Shown here: positions 56,143-64,000 of the stretch, in pieces
Layout of the letters: the number at the start of each line of letters is the position of its first letter
How positions within the stretch are numbered: position 1 is the stretch's first letter
Position numbers and translations under genes: made by a program
Assembly (NCBI GenBank): GCA_965219285.1
Contig: CBDCNF010000008.1
Span: forward strand, 303,641 to 367,640
Source of the DNA: Sphingomonas sp.
Lineage (GTDB): Bacteria; Pseudomonadota; Alphaproteobacteria; Sphingomonadales; Sphingomonadaceae
Length of the DNA: 64,000 nucleotides
Direction of reading: 5' to 3'
Notes under the pieces: generated by a model
Seen by the model: only the letters and a program-made list of their open reading frames with translations
The model's database searches: none
Told to the model about the DNA's origin: nothing

Positions 56143-57302
56143 GAAAGAGTCTCCGCAGCGGCAGAAATCCGGCCGCCATTGTCCATTCTAATCCTTGCGC
56201 CGCGCCAATCAACCGAACGGACGAAGAACGTCGCGACGAACACCGCGAGCGTCAAGCAATCGCGCAGCGGCAGCATCCAGAACGGCGCGGTTCGGGCGCC
56301 GGTCGTCGCGTCGACGCTGCGTCCCAGCAGCAGTCGCGCCACCAGCGCCGCCAGCGCGAGCAATGCGCCGGCCGCCGGCCAATATAGCGCGCCGAGCAGC
56401 GCGAGTGGAAACGGCAATCCGATGATCGATCCGGCATAGGCCGCGGGCACCAGATCGCGCACCGTCGCGCCCCAGCGCAACTCGTGGCGCCACAATTCGC
56501 CGAGCGTCCGCTCGCCCGACGCGTGCGTCACGATGATCGGCGGCACGGTGACGTCGAGCCCGAGTCGGTGGACCGCGGTGCCGATCGCGTAATCGTCGGC
56601 CAAATCATCGGCGAAGGCCGCGAAGCCGCCGATCCGGTCGAGCGTGTCCCGGCGTATCGCGATCGTCGAACCCATGCACGGCCGGGCCAGCCCGGTCGCG
56701 GCGCCGAAGATCGTACCCGGCAAGGTCTGATAGCTTAGTCCCGCCGCGCCGATCCGGGACCAGAAGCCGGTATCGCCGCGCCCGACATAGGCGCAGGTCA
56801 CGATACCCGCGCGCGGCGCCGACAGTGCCTCGAGGAGACGCGACAAATAATCGGGTGCGACCGCGATGTCGCTGTCGCTGAGGATCAGGATCGGGTGGGC
56901 GGCGTAGCCGAGCATGTTGGTGAGGTTCGATATCTTGCCGTTGGCGCCGTGCCGGGTCGCATCGACGACGAGATCGATCCTCGCATGGGGATAGTTGCGT
57001 CGCAGCGTCTCGACGATGGCGATCGCGGGATCGTCGGCACGTTGTACGCCGCAAAGGAGCTGGACCGGGCCGGCGTGATCCGGCCTCAGGAAGGTCGCGA
57101 GATTTTCGGCGAGGCGCGGTTCGGCGCCGTGCAGCGGCTTCAGGATCGTGACCGCCTCACGGCTCGCCGGAGCCGGAGGCCGTTTCGCGAGGAACCGCCG
57201 CAACACGATCGCCGAGGCGAATGTATAGGCCGCCCCGAGCGCCGCCAGCACCAACGGTGCGCGGCCGAGGATCGCGCCGATGAGGCCTGCCGCGTTCGCC
57301 AT
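56139..57302 (-). CDS. hpnI: HpnI (ceramide-glucosyltransferase-like GT, hopanoid-associated)
   Basis: The start is trimmed to MANAAGLIGAILG.... The translation reads VTILKPLHGAEP...ILSDSDI...ELRW.... Confidence 0.82.
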   Translation of the reverse strand: MANAAGLIGAILGRAPLVLAALGAAYTFASAIVLRRFLAKRPPAPASREAVTILKPLHGAEPRLAENLATFLRPDHAGPVQLLCGVQRADDPAIAIVETLRRNYPHARIDLVVDATRHGANGKISNLTNMLGYAAHPILILSDSDIAVAPDYLSRLLEALSAPRAGIVTCAYVGRGDTGFWSRIGAAGLSYQTLPGTIFGAATGLARPCMGSTIAIRRDTLDRIGGFAAFADDLADDYAIGTAVHRLGLDVTVPPIIVTHASGERTLGELWRHELRWGATVRDLVPAAYAGSIIGLPFPLALLGALYWPAAGALLALAALVARLLLGRSVDATTGARTAPFWMLPLRDCLTLAVFVATFFVRSVDWRGARIRMDNGGRISAAAETLS

Positions 57303-57395
57303 GCGGTCCCCTAACGCCGATCGCGCGATTTGCCAGCGCCTTCCGTCGCGCGTCTCGTGGTGTAGAGAGCGTTTCGGGTTCGACTTGGAGGACAT

Positions 57396-58397
57396 GTGGC
57401 GGCTGAAGGTGAGGCGGTGCTGGTAACCGGAGTTTCCGGTTTCGTCGGTTCGGCGGTCGCGCGGCGGCTCGCGGATACCGGACGGCAGGTCCATGGGCTC
57501 GTCCGCGCGTCGAGCCCGCGCACGAACCTGACCGACTTTCCCGGCACGCTGATCGAAGGCGATGCGCGCGACCCCGTGGCGATGGCGCGGGCGATGGCGG
57601 GGATGCGCAATGTGTTCCACGTCGCCGCCGACTACCGGATCTGGGCGCCCGATCCCGAGGAGATCGTCCGCAACAACCTGACAAGCACGCGCGCGGTGAT
57701 GAATGCCGCGCTGGCGGCGGGGGTCGAACGGGTGGTCTACACGAGCAGCGTCGCGACCTTGAAGCCCGATCCCGCCGGGCCCGCCGACGAGACGCGCCCC
57801 GCGACCCCTGAACAGGCGGTCGGCGCGTACAAGCGCAGCAAGGTCGTGGCGGAACGGCTGGTCGAGACGATGGTCGCCGAGCGCGGCCTGCCTGCGGTGA
57901 TCGTGCAGCCCTCGACCCCGATCGGCCCGCGCGACGTGCGGCCGACGCCTACCGGGCGGATCGTGATCGAGGCGGCGTCAGGACGGATGCCCGCGTTCGT
58001 CGAGAGCGGGCTGAACCTCGTCCACGTCGATGACGTTGCCGAGGGGCATCGGCTCGCGCTGGAGAAGGGCCGCGTCGGAGAACGCTATGTATTGGGCGGG
58101 CAGGACGTCAGCCTGCGCGCGATGCTGGCGACGATCGCGCGACTGACCGGGCGGAAGCCGCCGACGATCCAGATTCCGCGCGCACCGCTGTTCCCGCTCG
58201 CCTGGGTCAACGAGGCGCTGGCGCGGGTGACGCGCATGGAGCCGTTTTTGACGCGCGATGGGCTGCGTATGGCGGCGCACAATATGTACTTTTCGAGCGC
58301 CAAGGCGGAGCGCGAGTTCGGCTATCGGGCGCGGCCGTATGAAGAGGCGCTCGTCGATGCGATCGCGTGGTTTCGTCAGGCGGGGATGCTCGCGTGA
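57396..58397 (+). CDS. hpnA: HpnA (NAD-dependent sugar epimerase/dehydratase-like, hopanoid-associated)
   Basis: 333 aa with VLVTGVSGFVGSAV and YKRSK. It is divergent from hpnI. Confidence 0.85.
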   Translation: MAAEGEAVLVTGVSGFVGSAVARRLADTGRQVHGLVRASSPRTNLTDFPGTLIEGDARDPVAMARAMAGMRNVFHVAADYRIWAPDPEEIVRNNLTSTRAVMNAALAAGVERVVYTSSVATLKPDPAGPADETRPATPEQAVGAYKRSKVVAERLVETMVAERGLPAVIVQPSTPIGPRDVRPTPTGRIVIEAASGRMPAFVESGLNLVHVDDVAEGHRLALEKGRVGERYVLGGQDVSLRAMLATIARLTGRKPPTIQIPRAPLFPLAWVNEALARVTRMEPFLTRDGLRMAAHNMYFSSAKAEREFGYRARPYEEALVDAIAWFRQAGMLA

Positions 58398-59623
58398 TCG
58401 GGATTGCGGCGATCTCGCTGGCGATCTGGATCGGCATCCTGTTCGCGCGCGACTGCTTCTGGCTGGCGCGGGAGAGGGACGACGATGCTACCAGCAGTCG
58501 TCACCCCGGACTTGATCCGGGGGCCATTCGTCCACCTGCGCCGGAACCCGAGGCACAATGGACCCCGGATCAAGTCCGGGGTGACGGAGCGGGCAAGGTA
58601 ATCGCGTGGCCCATCGTCGTCGCGGTTGTCCCCGCTCGGAACGAAGCGGAGGTGATAGCCCGCTCGATCGCCAGCCTCGTCATGCAGGATTATCCCGGCG
58701 ACTTCCGGATCGTTCTGGTCAACGATTCGAGCAGCGACGGCACCGCGGGTATTGCGCGCGCGGCGGCGGCTGACTCGAATCGCCTGAGCGTGATTCAGGG
58801 TGCGCCGCTCCCCGCTGGCTGGACCGGGAAATTGTGGGCGGTCTTGCAGGGGATCGCCGCGGCAGGCGACGAACCCGACTATCTCCTGCTCACCGACGCC
58901 GACATCACTCATGCGCCAGACACGCTGCGCAGCCTCGTCTCCCGCGCGATTACCGACGATCGCGTGCTGGTGTCTCTGATGGCACGGTTGCGGTGCGAGA
59001 GTCTCGCCGAACGCGCGCTGATCCCGGCGTTCGTGTTCTTCTTCCAGTTGCTTTACCCGTTCGCCGCGGTGAACCGACGCGGCAAAGGTCGCGGCGCGGC
59101 GGCGGGCGGGGTGATGCTGGTCGAGCGCCATGCGCTGGACCGCGCCGGCGGCATCGGCCAAGTCCGCGGCGCGCTGATCGACGATTGCGCGTTCGGGGCG
59201 CTGATGAAGCGGCAGGGCGACATCTGGCTCGGCCTGACGGCCCGCGCGCGAAGCATCCGCCGCTACGACACCATCGGATCGGTCGCGGCGATGATCACGC
59301 GTTCGGCCTATGCGCAGCTCGGCTATTCGCCGCCGTTGTTGGCTGGGACGATCCTTGGTCTAGCGGTTACCTATCTCGCGCCGCCCTTGCTGACCGTGTT
59401 CGCGCGCGGGTATGCGCAGGGCATGGGCGCGACGGCATGGGTATTGATGGCGATCGCTTTGCAGCCAATGCTGCGATTCTATCGCCGCTCGCCGCTGTGG
59501 GGCGTCGCACTGCCGTTGATCGCCGCCTTTTATTCGGGCTGCACGCTGCTGTCGGCTTGGCAGCAGGGTCGCGGACGCGGCGGCATGTGGAAAGGCCGCG
59601 CGCAGGCCGGGGTCGGCGCATGA
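58394..59623 (+). CDS. hpnB: HpnB (family-2 glycosyltransferase, hopanoid-associated) carrying an in-frame palindromic-repeat insert
   Basis: GTG 58394 start (GTGA overlap with the hpnA stop). An N-terminal TM helix is followed by VVPARNEAEVIARSI..QDYPGDFRIVLVNDSSSDGT. Confidence 0.85.
   Translation: MIGIAAISLAIWIGILFARDCFWLARERDDDATSSRHPGLDPGAIRPPAPEPEAQWTPDQVRGDGAGKVIAWPIVVAVVPARNEAEVIARSIASLVMQDYPGDFRIVLVNDSSSDGTAGIARAAAADSNRLSVIQGAPLPAGWTGKLWAVLQGIAAAGDEPDYLLLTDADITHAPDTLRSLVSRAITDDRVLVSLMARLRCESLAERALIPAFVFFFQLLYPFAAVNRRGKGRGAAAGGVMLVERHALDRAGGIGQVRGALIDDCAFGALMKRQGDIWLGLTARARSIRRYDTIGSVAAMITRSAYAQLGYSPPLLAGTILGLAVTYLAPPLLTVFARGYAQGMGATAWVLMAIALQPMLRFYRRSPLWGVALPLIAAFYSGCTLLSAWQQGRGRGGMWKGRAQAGVGA
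58500..58585. repeat. inverted pair of 26-bp REP-like units inside the hpnB coding sequence
   Basis: GTCACCCCGGACTTGATCCGGGGGCC (58500-58525) matches the reverse complement of 58560-58585 (GTCACCCCGGACTTGATCCGGGGTCC) at 25/26 positions. Each unit is itself a hairpin (CCCCGGA...TCCGGGG). The spacer is 34 bp. Confidence 0.85.
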
Positions 59624-60462
59624 CCGCGACTTCCGCATCTTTCGCCTCGGGCAAGGACCACCGCCAAGAGAATTTCCCGGTCGCGTCGGTGCTGCTCAAG
59701 CGCGAACACCGTGCGCCGGTGATGGCCTTCTACCGTTTCGCGCGCGCCGCCGACGACGTCGCCGATAATGCGGTGGCGAGCGCGGCGGATCGGCTGGCGG
59801 TGCTCGCCGATATGCGGTCGTCGCTGGCGGGGGCGAGCGACACAAATGTGGAAGCGCGCGCGCTCCGCGACATGCTCGATGCGCACGGCCTCAGCCCGCG
59901 CCACGGTTTCGACCTGCTGACCGCGTTCGAGCGCGATTGCCGGCTGAACCGGTATGGGACGTGGGAAGATCTAATCGATTATTGCCGCTATTCGGCGATG
60001 CCCGTCGGGCGATACGTTCTCGACGTTCACGGTGAATCCAAGGAGACCTGGCCCGCGTCCGATGCTTTGTGCGCGGCTTTGCAGGTGATCAATCACCTCC
60101 AGGATTGCGCCAAGGATTACCGCGATCTCGACCGTGTCTATCTGCCGCTCGATACGCTGGCGACCCACGGCGCGGCGATCGAAGACCTCGCCGCGCCCGC
60201 TGCGACACCCGGGCTGCGCGCGGCGATCGTCGATCTGTCGAAGCGAACCGATGCATTGCTGGCGCAATCCGCCGGTTTCGCTGCGCAGATCCGCGACCGG
60301 CGGCTTTCGTTAGAGGTGGCGGTGATCCGCCGGCTCGCGACAAGCCTCAATGCGCGCCTCAAGCAACGTGACCCGCTGAGCGAACGCATCCACCACGGCA
60401 AAGCGGAAGCGCTCGGGCTGGCGGCGGTCGCGGCGCTGTCGCGCCTGGCGGGACGCGGATGA
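59620..60462 (+). CDS. hpnC: HpnC (squalene synthase family)
   Basis: MTATSASFASGKDHRQENFPVAS...FARAADDVADN...QDCAKD.... ATGA overlap with the hpnB stop. Confidence 0.88.
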   Translation: MTATSASFASGKDHRQENFPVASVLLKREHRAPVMAFYRFARAADDVADNAVASAADRLAVLADMRSSLAGASDTNVEARALRDMLDAHGLSPRHGFDLLTAFERDCRLNRYGTWEDLIDYCRYSAMPVGRYVLDVHGESKETWPASDALCAALQVINHLQDCAKDYRDLDRVYLPLDTLATHGAAIEDLAAPAATPGLRAAIVDLSKRTDALLAQSAGFAAQIRDRRLSLEVAVIRRLATSLNARLKQRDPLSERIHHGKAEALGLAAVAALSRLAGRG

Positions 60463-61298
60463 ACCCCGATACCACCCCCGCCGCGCTGCAATCTCAGGTC
60501 TCGGGCAGTTCCTTCTACGCCGGGATGCGCGTGCTGCCCAAGGCCGAGCGCGAGGCGATGTACGCGGTCTACGCCTTCTGCCGCGCGGTCGACGATATCG
60601 CCGACGACGAGGTCGGCGAGCGGGTCGCGCGGGCGGAGGCCCTCGAATCGTGGCGCGCTGATATCGAATCGCTTTACGCCGGAGGTGCCCCCGGCAAGGC
60701 GGCGCTGGTGGCGGAGGCGGTAACGCGCTTCCATCTCGACAAAGCCGATTTCCTCGCGGTGATCGACGGCATGGCGATGGACGTGGCGGAGGATATCCGC
60801 TGGCCGCCGTTCGCGACGCTCGATCTCTATTGCGACCGTGTCGCCTCCGCGGTCGGGCGGCTGTCGGTCAAGATTTTCGGGATGCCCGACGCCGATGGTG
60901 TATCGCTCGCCTATCATCTCGGCCGTGCGCTGCAATTCACCAACATCCTGCGCGACGTCGACGAGGATGCGGCGATCGGGCGAGTGTATCTGTCGGGCGA
61001 CCATATCGCCGCTGCAAGCATCGATTTCACCGATCCGGTGACCGTCGTGAATGATCCGCGGATCGACGCGGCGTGCCGGCAACTCGCGGCGCTGGCGCAC
61101 GAACATTATCGCGCCGCAGAGGCGATCCTGAAACGCCGCCCTCCCGGCCACCTCATCGCGCCGCGGCTGATGGCGGCGGTCTATGCCAAGATCCTGGGGC
61201 GGATGGAGGCAGTCGGCTGGGCGCCGCCGCGCACGCGGATCAAGGTCAACAAGCTCGCGTTGCTTTTCACCGTCGGGCGGCTGTGGCTGCTGCGGTGA
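60459..61298 (+). CDS. hpnD: HpnD (presqualene diphosphate synthase)
   Basis: 279 aa reading SSFYAGMRVLP...FCRAVDDIADD...NILRDVDEDA.... Confidence 0.9.
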   Translation: MNPDTTPAALQSQVSGSSFYAGMRVLPKAEREAMYAVYAFCRAVDDIADDEVGERVARAEALESWRADIESLYAGGAPGKAALVAEAVTRFHLDKADFLAVIDGMAMDVAEDIRWPPFATLDLYCDRVASAVGRLSVKIFGMPDADGVSLAYHLGRALQFTNILRDVDEDAAIGRVYLSGDHIAAASIDFTDPVTVVNDPRIDAACRQLAALAHEHYRAAEAILKRRPPGHLIAPRLMAAVYAKILGRMEAVGWAPPRTRIKVNKLALLFTVGRLWLLR

Positions 61299-62578
61299 CG
61301 CGCCGAGCGTGGGTGATCGGCGCGGGGATGGCGGGGCTGTCGGCGGCGGTCGAACTGGCGCGTGCCGGGTTTACGGTTGAGGTTGCCGAGGCGGCGGCGC
61401 AGGCGGGTGGGCGGTGCCGCAGCTATCACGATCCGCAACTCGGGCGGGTGATCGACAACGGCAACCATCTGGTGCTGTCGGGCAATCGCGCGGTCGCGTA
61501 TTATCTCGCGACGATCGGCGCGAGCGACCGGCTGACCGGCCCGGATCGTGCGGAATTCGCTTTCATCGACCTCACACCCGTACCCCCGCGTGCGCGGGGG
61601 TACGCGGAGTTCGAACGTTGGACATTCCGGCCCAATGACGGTCTGATACCTTGGTGGGTCTTTGCCAAGCACCGACGCGCACCCGGCACCCGCGCGACCG
61701 ACTATCTGGGTCTTGCCGGGTTGCTCAAGGGACACCCATCCGAAACGGTCGCGGATCGCATCGACACGCGCGGCGCGATCTGGGATCGGCTGCTCGAGCC
61801 GGTGCTCCTCGCCGCGCTCAACACCGCGCCAGCCGAAGGATCCGCCGCGCTTACCGCGAACGTCCTGCGCGAATCGATCGCGCGCGGCGGCCGTGCGATG
61901 CAGCCGCGGATCGCCGAACCGACGCTTGCCGCCGCCTTCGTCGATCCGGCGCTGGTGTGGTTGTTGCAGAACGGTGCGACGGTGACGCTCGGGCGGCGCC
62001 TCCGCACGCTACGGTTCGAGGGTCAGCGCATCGCCGCGCTCGATTTCGGCGAGGGCGAGGTGACGGTCGCGCCCGGCGAGCCGGTGGTCCTCGCGGTACC
62101 GCCCTGGGTCGCCGCATCGCTCGTTCCCGATCTGACCGTGCCCGACGATTTCCGCGCGATCGTCAACGCGCATTTCGCCTTCGCGCCGCCCGCCGGGACA
62201 CCCGCGATGATCGGGGTGATCGGCGGTACGGCACAGTGGATATTCGCGTTTGCAGACCGCCTGTCGGTGACGGTCAGCGCCGCCAACGCGATGATCGATA
62301 CCGACCGCGCCGAACTCGCCGCAACATTCTGGGCGGAAATCGCGGCGATCCACCGCCTGCCACCCGAACTGCCGCCGTGGCAGATCGTCAAGGAGAAGCG
62401 CGCAACCTTCGCCGCGACTCCGGTGCAGGACGCGAAACGCCCGCCCGCCGAAACGCGATGGGCAAACCTTTTCCTCGCTGGCGACTGGACGCAGACCGGC
62501 CTGCCCGCGACGATCGAGGGCGCGCTAAGATCGGGCGCCACCGCCGCGCGCTTGGCGAGCGCGGTTCCGACCGGCTAG
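61295..62578 (+). CDS. hpnE: HpnE (hydroxysqualene dehydroxylase, FAD amine-oxidase fold)
   Basis: GTG 61295 start (GTGA overlap with the hpnD stop). The translation has AWVIGAGMAGLSAAVELARAG and ends ...LFLAGDWTQTGLPATIEGALRSG. Confidence 0.85.
   Translation: MTRRAWVIGAGMAGLSAAVELARAGFTVEVAEAAAQAGGRCRSYHDPQLGRVIDNGNHLVLSGNRAVAYYLATIGASDRLTGPDRAEFAFIDLTPVPPRARGYAEFERWTFRPNDGLIPWWVFAKHRRAPGTRATDYLGLAGLLKGHPSETVADRIDTRGAIWDRLLEPVLLAALNTAPAEGSAALTANVLRESIARGGRAMQPRIAEPTLAAAFVDPALVWLLQNGATVTLGRRLRTLRFEGQRIAALDFGEGEVTVAPGEPVVLAVPPWVAASLVPDLTVPDDFRAIVNAHFAFAPPAGTPAMIGVIGGTAQWIFAFADRLSVTVSAANAMIDTDRAELAATFWAEIAAIHRLPPELPPWQIVKEKRATFAATPVQDAKRPPAETRWANLFLAGDWTQTGLPATIEGALRSGATAARLASAVPTG
61579..61604. 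repeat. perfect GC-rich hairpin (REP-like unit) inside the hpnE coding sequence
   Basis: CGTACCCCCGCG-TG-CGCGGGGGTACG forms a 12-bp stem. It is translated as ...TPVPPRARGYA.... Confidence 0.8.
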
Positions 62579-62587
62579 GCACACCAT

Positions 62588-64000
62588 ATGGCGACCCTGC
62601 TCGAATCGACCGATATCGTAAGCGCCGCCGACGCCTGTGCGACGCGTGCCGCCGCGGCGCTGGCGGCGTTGCAGCGCGACGACGGGCATTGGGTGTTCGA
62701 GCTCGAAGCCGATGCGACGATCCCCGCCGAATTCGTCCTGCTCAAACACTATCTCGGCGAACCGCGCGACGCCGCGCTCGAAGCCAAGATCGCGCGCTAC
62801 CTGCGCCGTATCCAGGCCGATCACCGTGGCTGGCCGCTGTTCCACGGCGGCGCGTTCGACGTCAGCGCGACGGTGAAGGCGTATTTCGCGCTCAAGATGA
62901 TCGGCGACGACGTCGATGCACCGCACATGGTGCGCGCTCGGGGCGCCATCCTTGCGGCGGGCGGGGCGGAGGCGGTCAACGTGTTCACCCGCATCCAGCT
63001 CGCACTGTTCGACGCCGGGCCTTGGCGCGCGGTGCCGACGCTTCCGGTCGAACTGATCCTGCTGCCGCGCTGGTTTCCGGTGCATCTGTCGAAGATGTCG
63101 TATTGGGCGCGCACGGTGATCGTGCCGCTATTGGTGCTCGCGGCGAAGAAGCCTCGCGCGCGCAACGCCTACGGGGTGCGGGTCGACGAACTCTATACCG
63201 GCCGACCCGTCCCGCCGAAGAGCAAGGCGGCGAACACCAAACGCGTATGGACAGCGCTCTTCAACGGCCTCGATGTCGTCCTCAAAGGCGCGGAGCCGCA
63301 TTGGCCCAAGCGCCTGCGTCAGCGCGCGATCGACGCCTGTGTCGCGTTCGTCACCGAGCGGCTGAACGGCGCGGACGGGCTCGGCGCGATCTATCCGGCA
63401 ATGGCGAACAGCGTGATGATGTTCGATTGCCTCGGGTATCCCGAGGATCACCCGCATCGCGCGATCGCTCGTGAGTCGGTCGAAAAGCTGCTCGTGATCG
63501 GCGAAGACGAGGCCTATTGCCAGCCCTGCGTATCCCCCGTGTGGGACACCGCGCTTGCCGCGCATGCGATGATGGAGGCGGGCGGCGCGAACAACTACGC
63601 CCGTGCCGACGCCGCGCTCGCCTGGCTGAAGCCATTGCAGGTGCTCGACGTGAAGGGCGACTGGGCGGGGGAACGCCCGGACGTGCGCCCGGGCGGCTGG
63701 GCGTTCCAGTACAACAACGCGCATTACCCCGATCTCGACGACACCGCTGTCGTGGTGATGGCGATGGATCGCGCCAAGGGTCGGACCGGCGGCGATTTCG
63801 ATCACGCGATCGAACGCGGGACGGAATGGACCGTCGGCTTGCAGAGCCGGGACGGTGGCTGGGGGGCATTCGATGCCGACAACAGCCATCATTACCTCAA
63901 CAATATCCCCTTCGCGGATCACGGCGCCCTTCTCGATCCGCCGACCAGCGACGTCAGCGCGCGCTGCGTGTCGATGCTGGCGCAACTCGGCGAGACTGAC
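62588..64000 (+). CDS. shc: squalene-hopene cyclase (3' end outside window); absent from the supplied ORF track
   Basis: My own translation from ATG 62588 is open to nt 64000. It reads MATLLESTDIVSAADACATRAAAALAALQRDDGHWVFELEADATIPAEFVLLKHYLGE...GWAFQYNNAHYPDLDDTAVVVMAMDRA..., with the DxDDTA catalytic motif at 63731-63748. Confidence 0.93.
   Translation, partial: MATLLESTDIVSAADACATRAAAALAALQRDDGHWVFELEADATIPAEFVLLKHYLGEPRDAALEAKIARYLRRIQADHRGWPLFHGGAFDVSATVKAYFALKMIGDDVDAPHMVRARGAILAAGGAEAVNVFTRIQLALFDAGPWRAVPTLPVELILLPRWFPVHLSKMSYWARTVIVPLLVLAAKKPRARNAYGVRVDELYTGRPVPPKSKAANTKRVWTALFNGLDVVLKGAEPHWPKRLRQRAIDACVAFVTERLNGADGLGAIYPAMANSVMMFDCLGYPEDHPHRAIARESVEKLLVIGEDEAYCQPCVSPVWDTALAAHAMMEAGGANNYARADAALAWLKPLQVLDVKGDWAGERPDVRPGGWAFQYNNAHYPDLDDTAVVVMAMDRAKGRTGGDFDHAIERGTEWTVGLQSRDGGWGAFDADNSHHYLNNIPFADHGALLDPPTSDVSARCVSMLAQLGETD

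Overview
This is a high-GC (roughly two-thirds G+C by eye) chromosomal segment. Its gene content points to an alphaproteobacterium, probably a sphingomonad. That is an inference from two TonB-dependent receptors, a large hopanoid (hpn/shc) cluster, and three short GC-rich palindromic repeat types that look REP-like. Most long ORFs antisense to real genes are GC-driven shadows and were ignored.

Gene order:
- 1-7.1 kb: a partial Mo-hydroxylase subunit, a YdeP-type molybdoenzyme, an fdhD split by an intact IS3-family element, and a stand-alone EAL protein.
- 7.7-13.2 kb: pqiABC, then an unknown protein start/stop-overlapped with an MscS channel.
- 13.3-17.7 kb: an IS graveyard. It holds an IS6 copy with two amber stops, an apparently intact IS630, a 5'-truncated IS256 and a decayed Ca-binding-repeat gene.
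- 17.7-31.6 kb: typA, an HExxH protein, a J-domain gene, a bolA-GST-NUDIX-pirin block, a low-GC orphan, a DUF2332 protein, hisGD, hppA, thiL, an unlisted DUF4169 mini-ORF and nusB.
- 31.8-34.7 kb: a TonB-dependent receptor.
- 34.7-42.9 kb: a tightly packed 10-gene redox, radical-SAM and transferase cluster.
- 43-49.4 kb: mtnP, an amino-acid permease, a TPR-sulfotransferase and a second TonB-dependent receptor.
- 49.4-64 kb: the hopanoid supercluster. On the minus strand: hpnI-J, hpnK, a di-iron protein, hpnL, a ferredoxin reductase and an SDR. On the plus strand: hpnA-B-C-D-E and shc, with shc running off the window end and absent from the ORF track.

Most interesting candidates:
1. The 34.7-42.9 kb cluster has two radical SAM enzymes, an SRPBCC-Rieske protein, a CxxxxC flavoprotein, a thioester-reductase-type SDR, a His-box hydroxylase, and CofC-like and MftF-like transferases. 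I know of no assigned product for this arrangement.
2. An uncharacterised di-iron protein, a ferredoxin reductase and an SDR sit in the hpnK-hpnL operon.
3. Palindromic repeat elements are carried in frame inside hpnB and hpnE.

I saw no rRNA, tRNA or CRISPR array.
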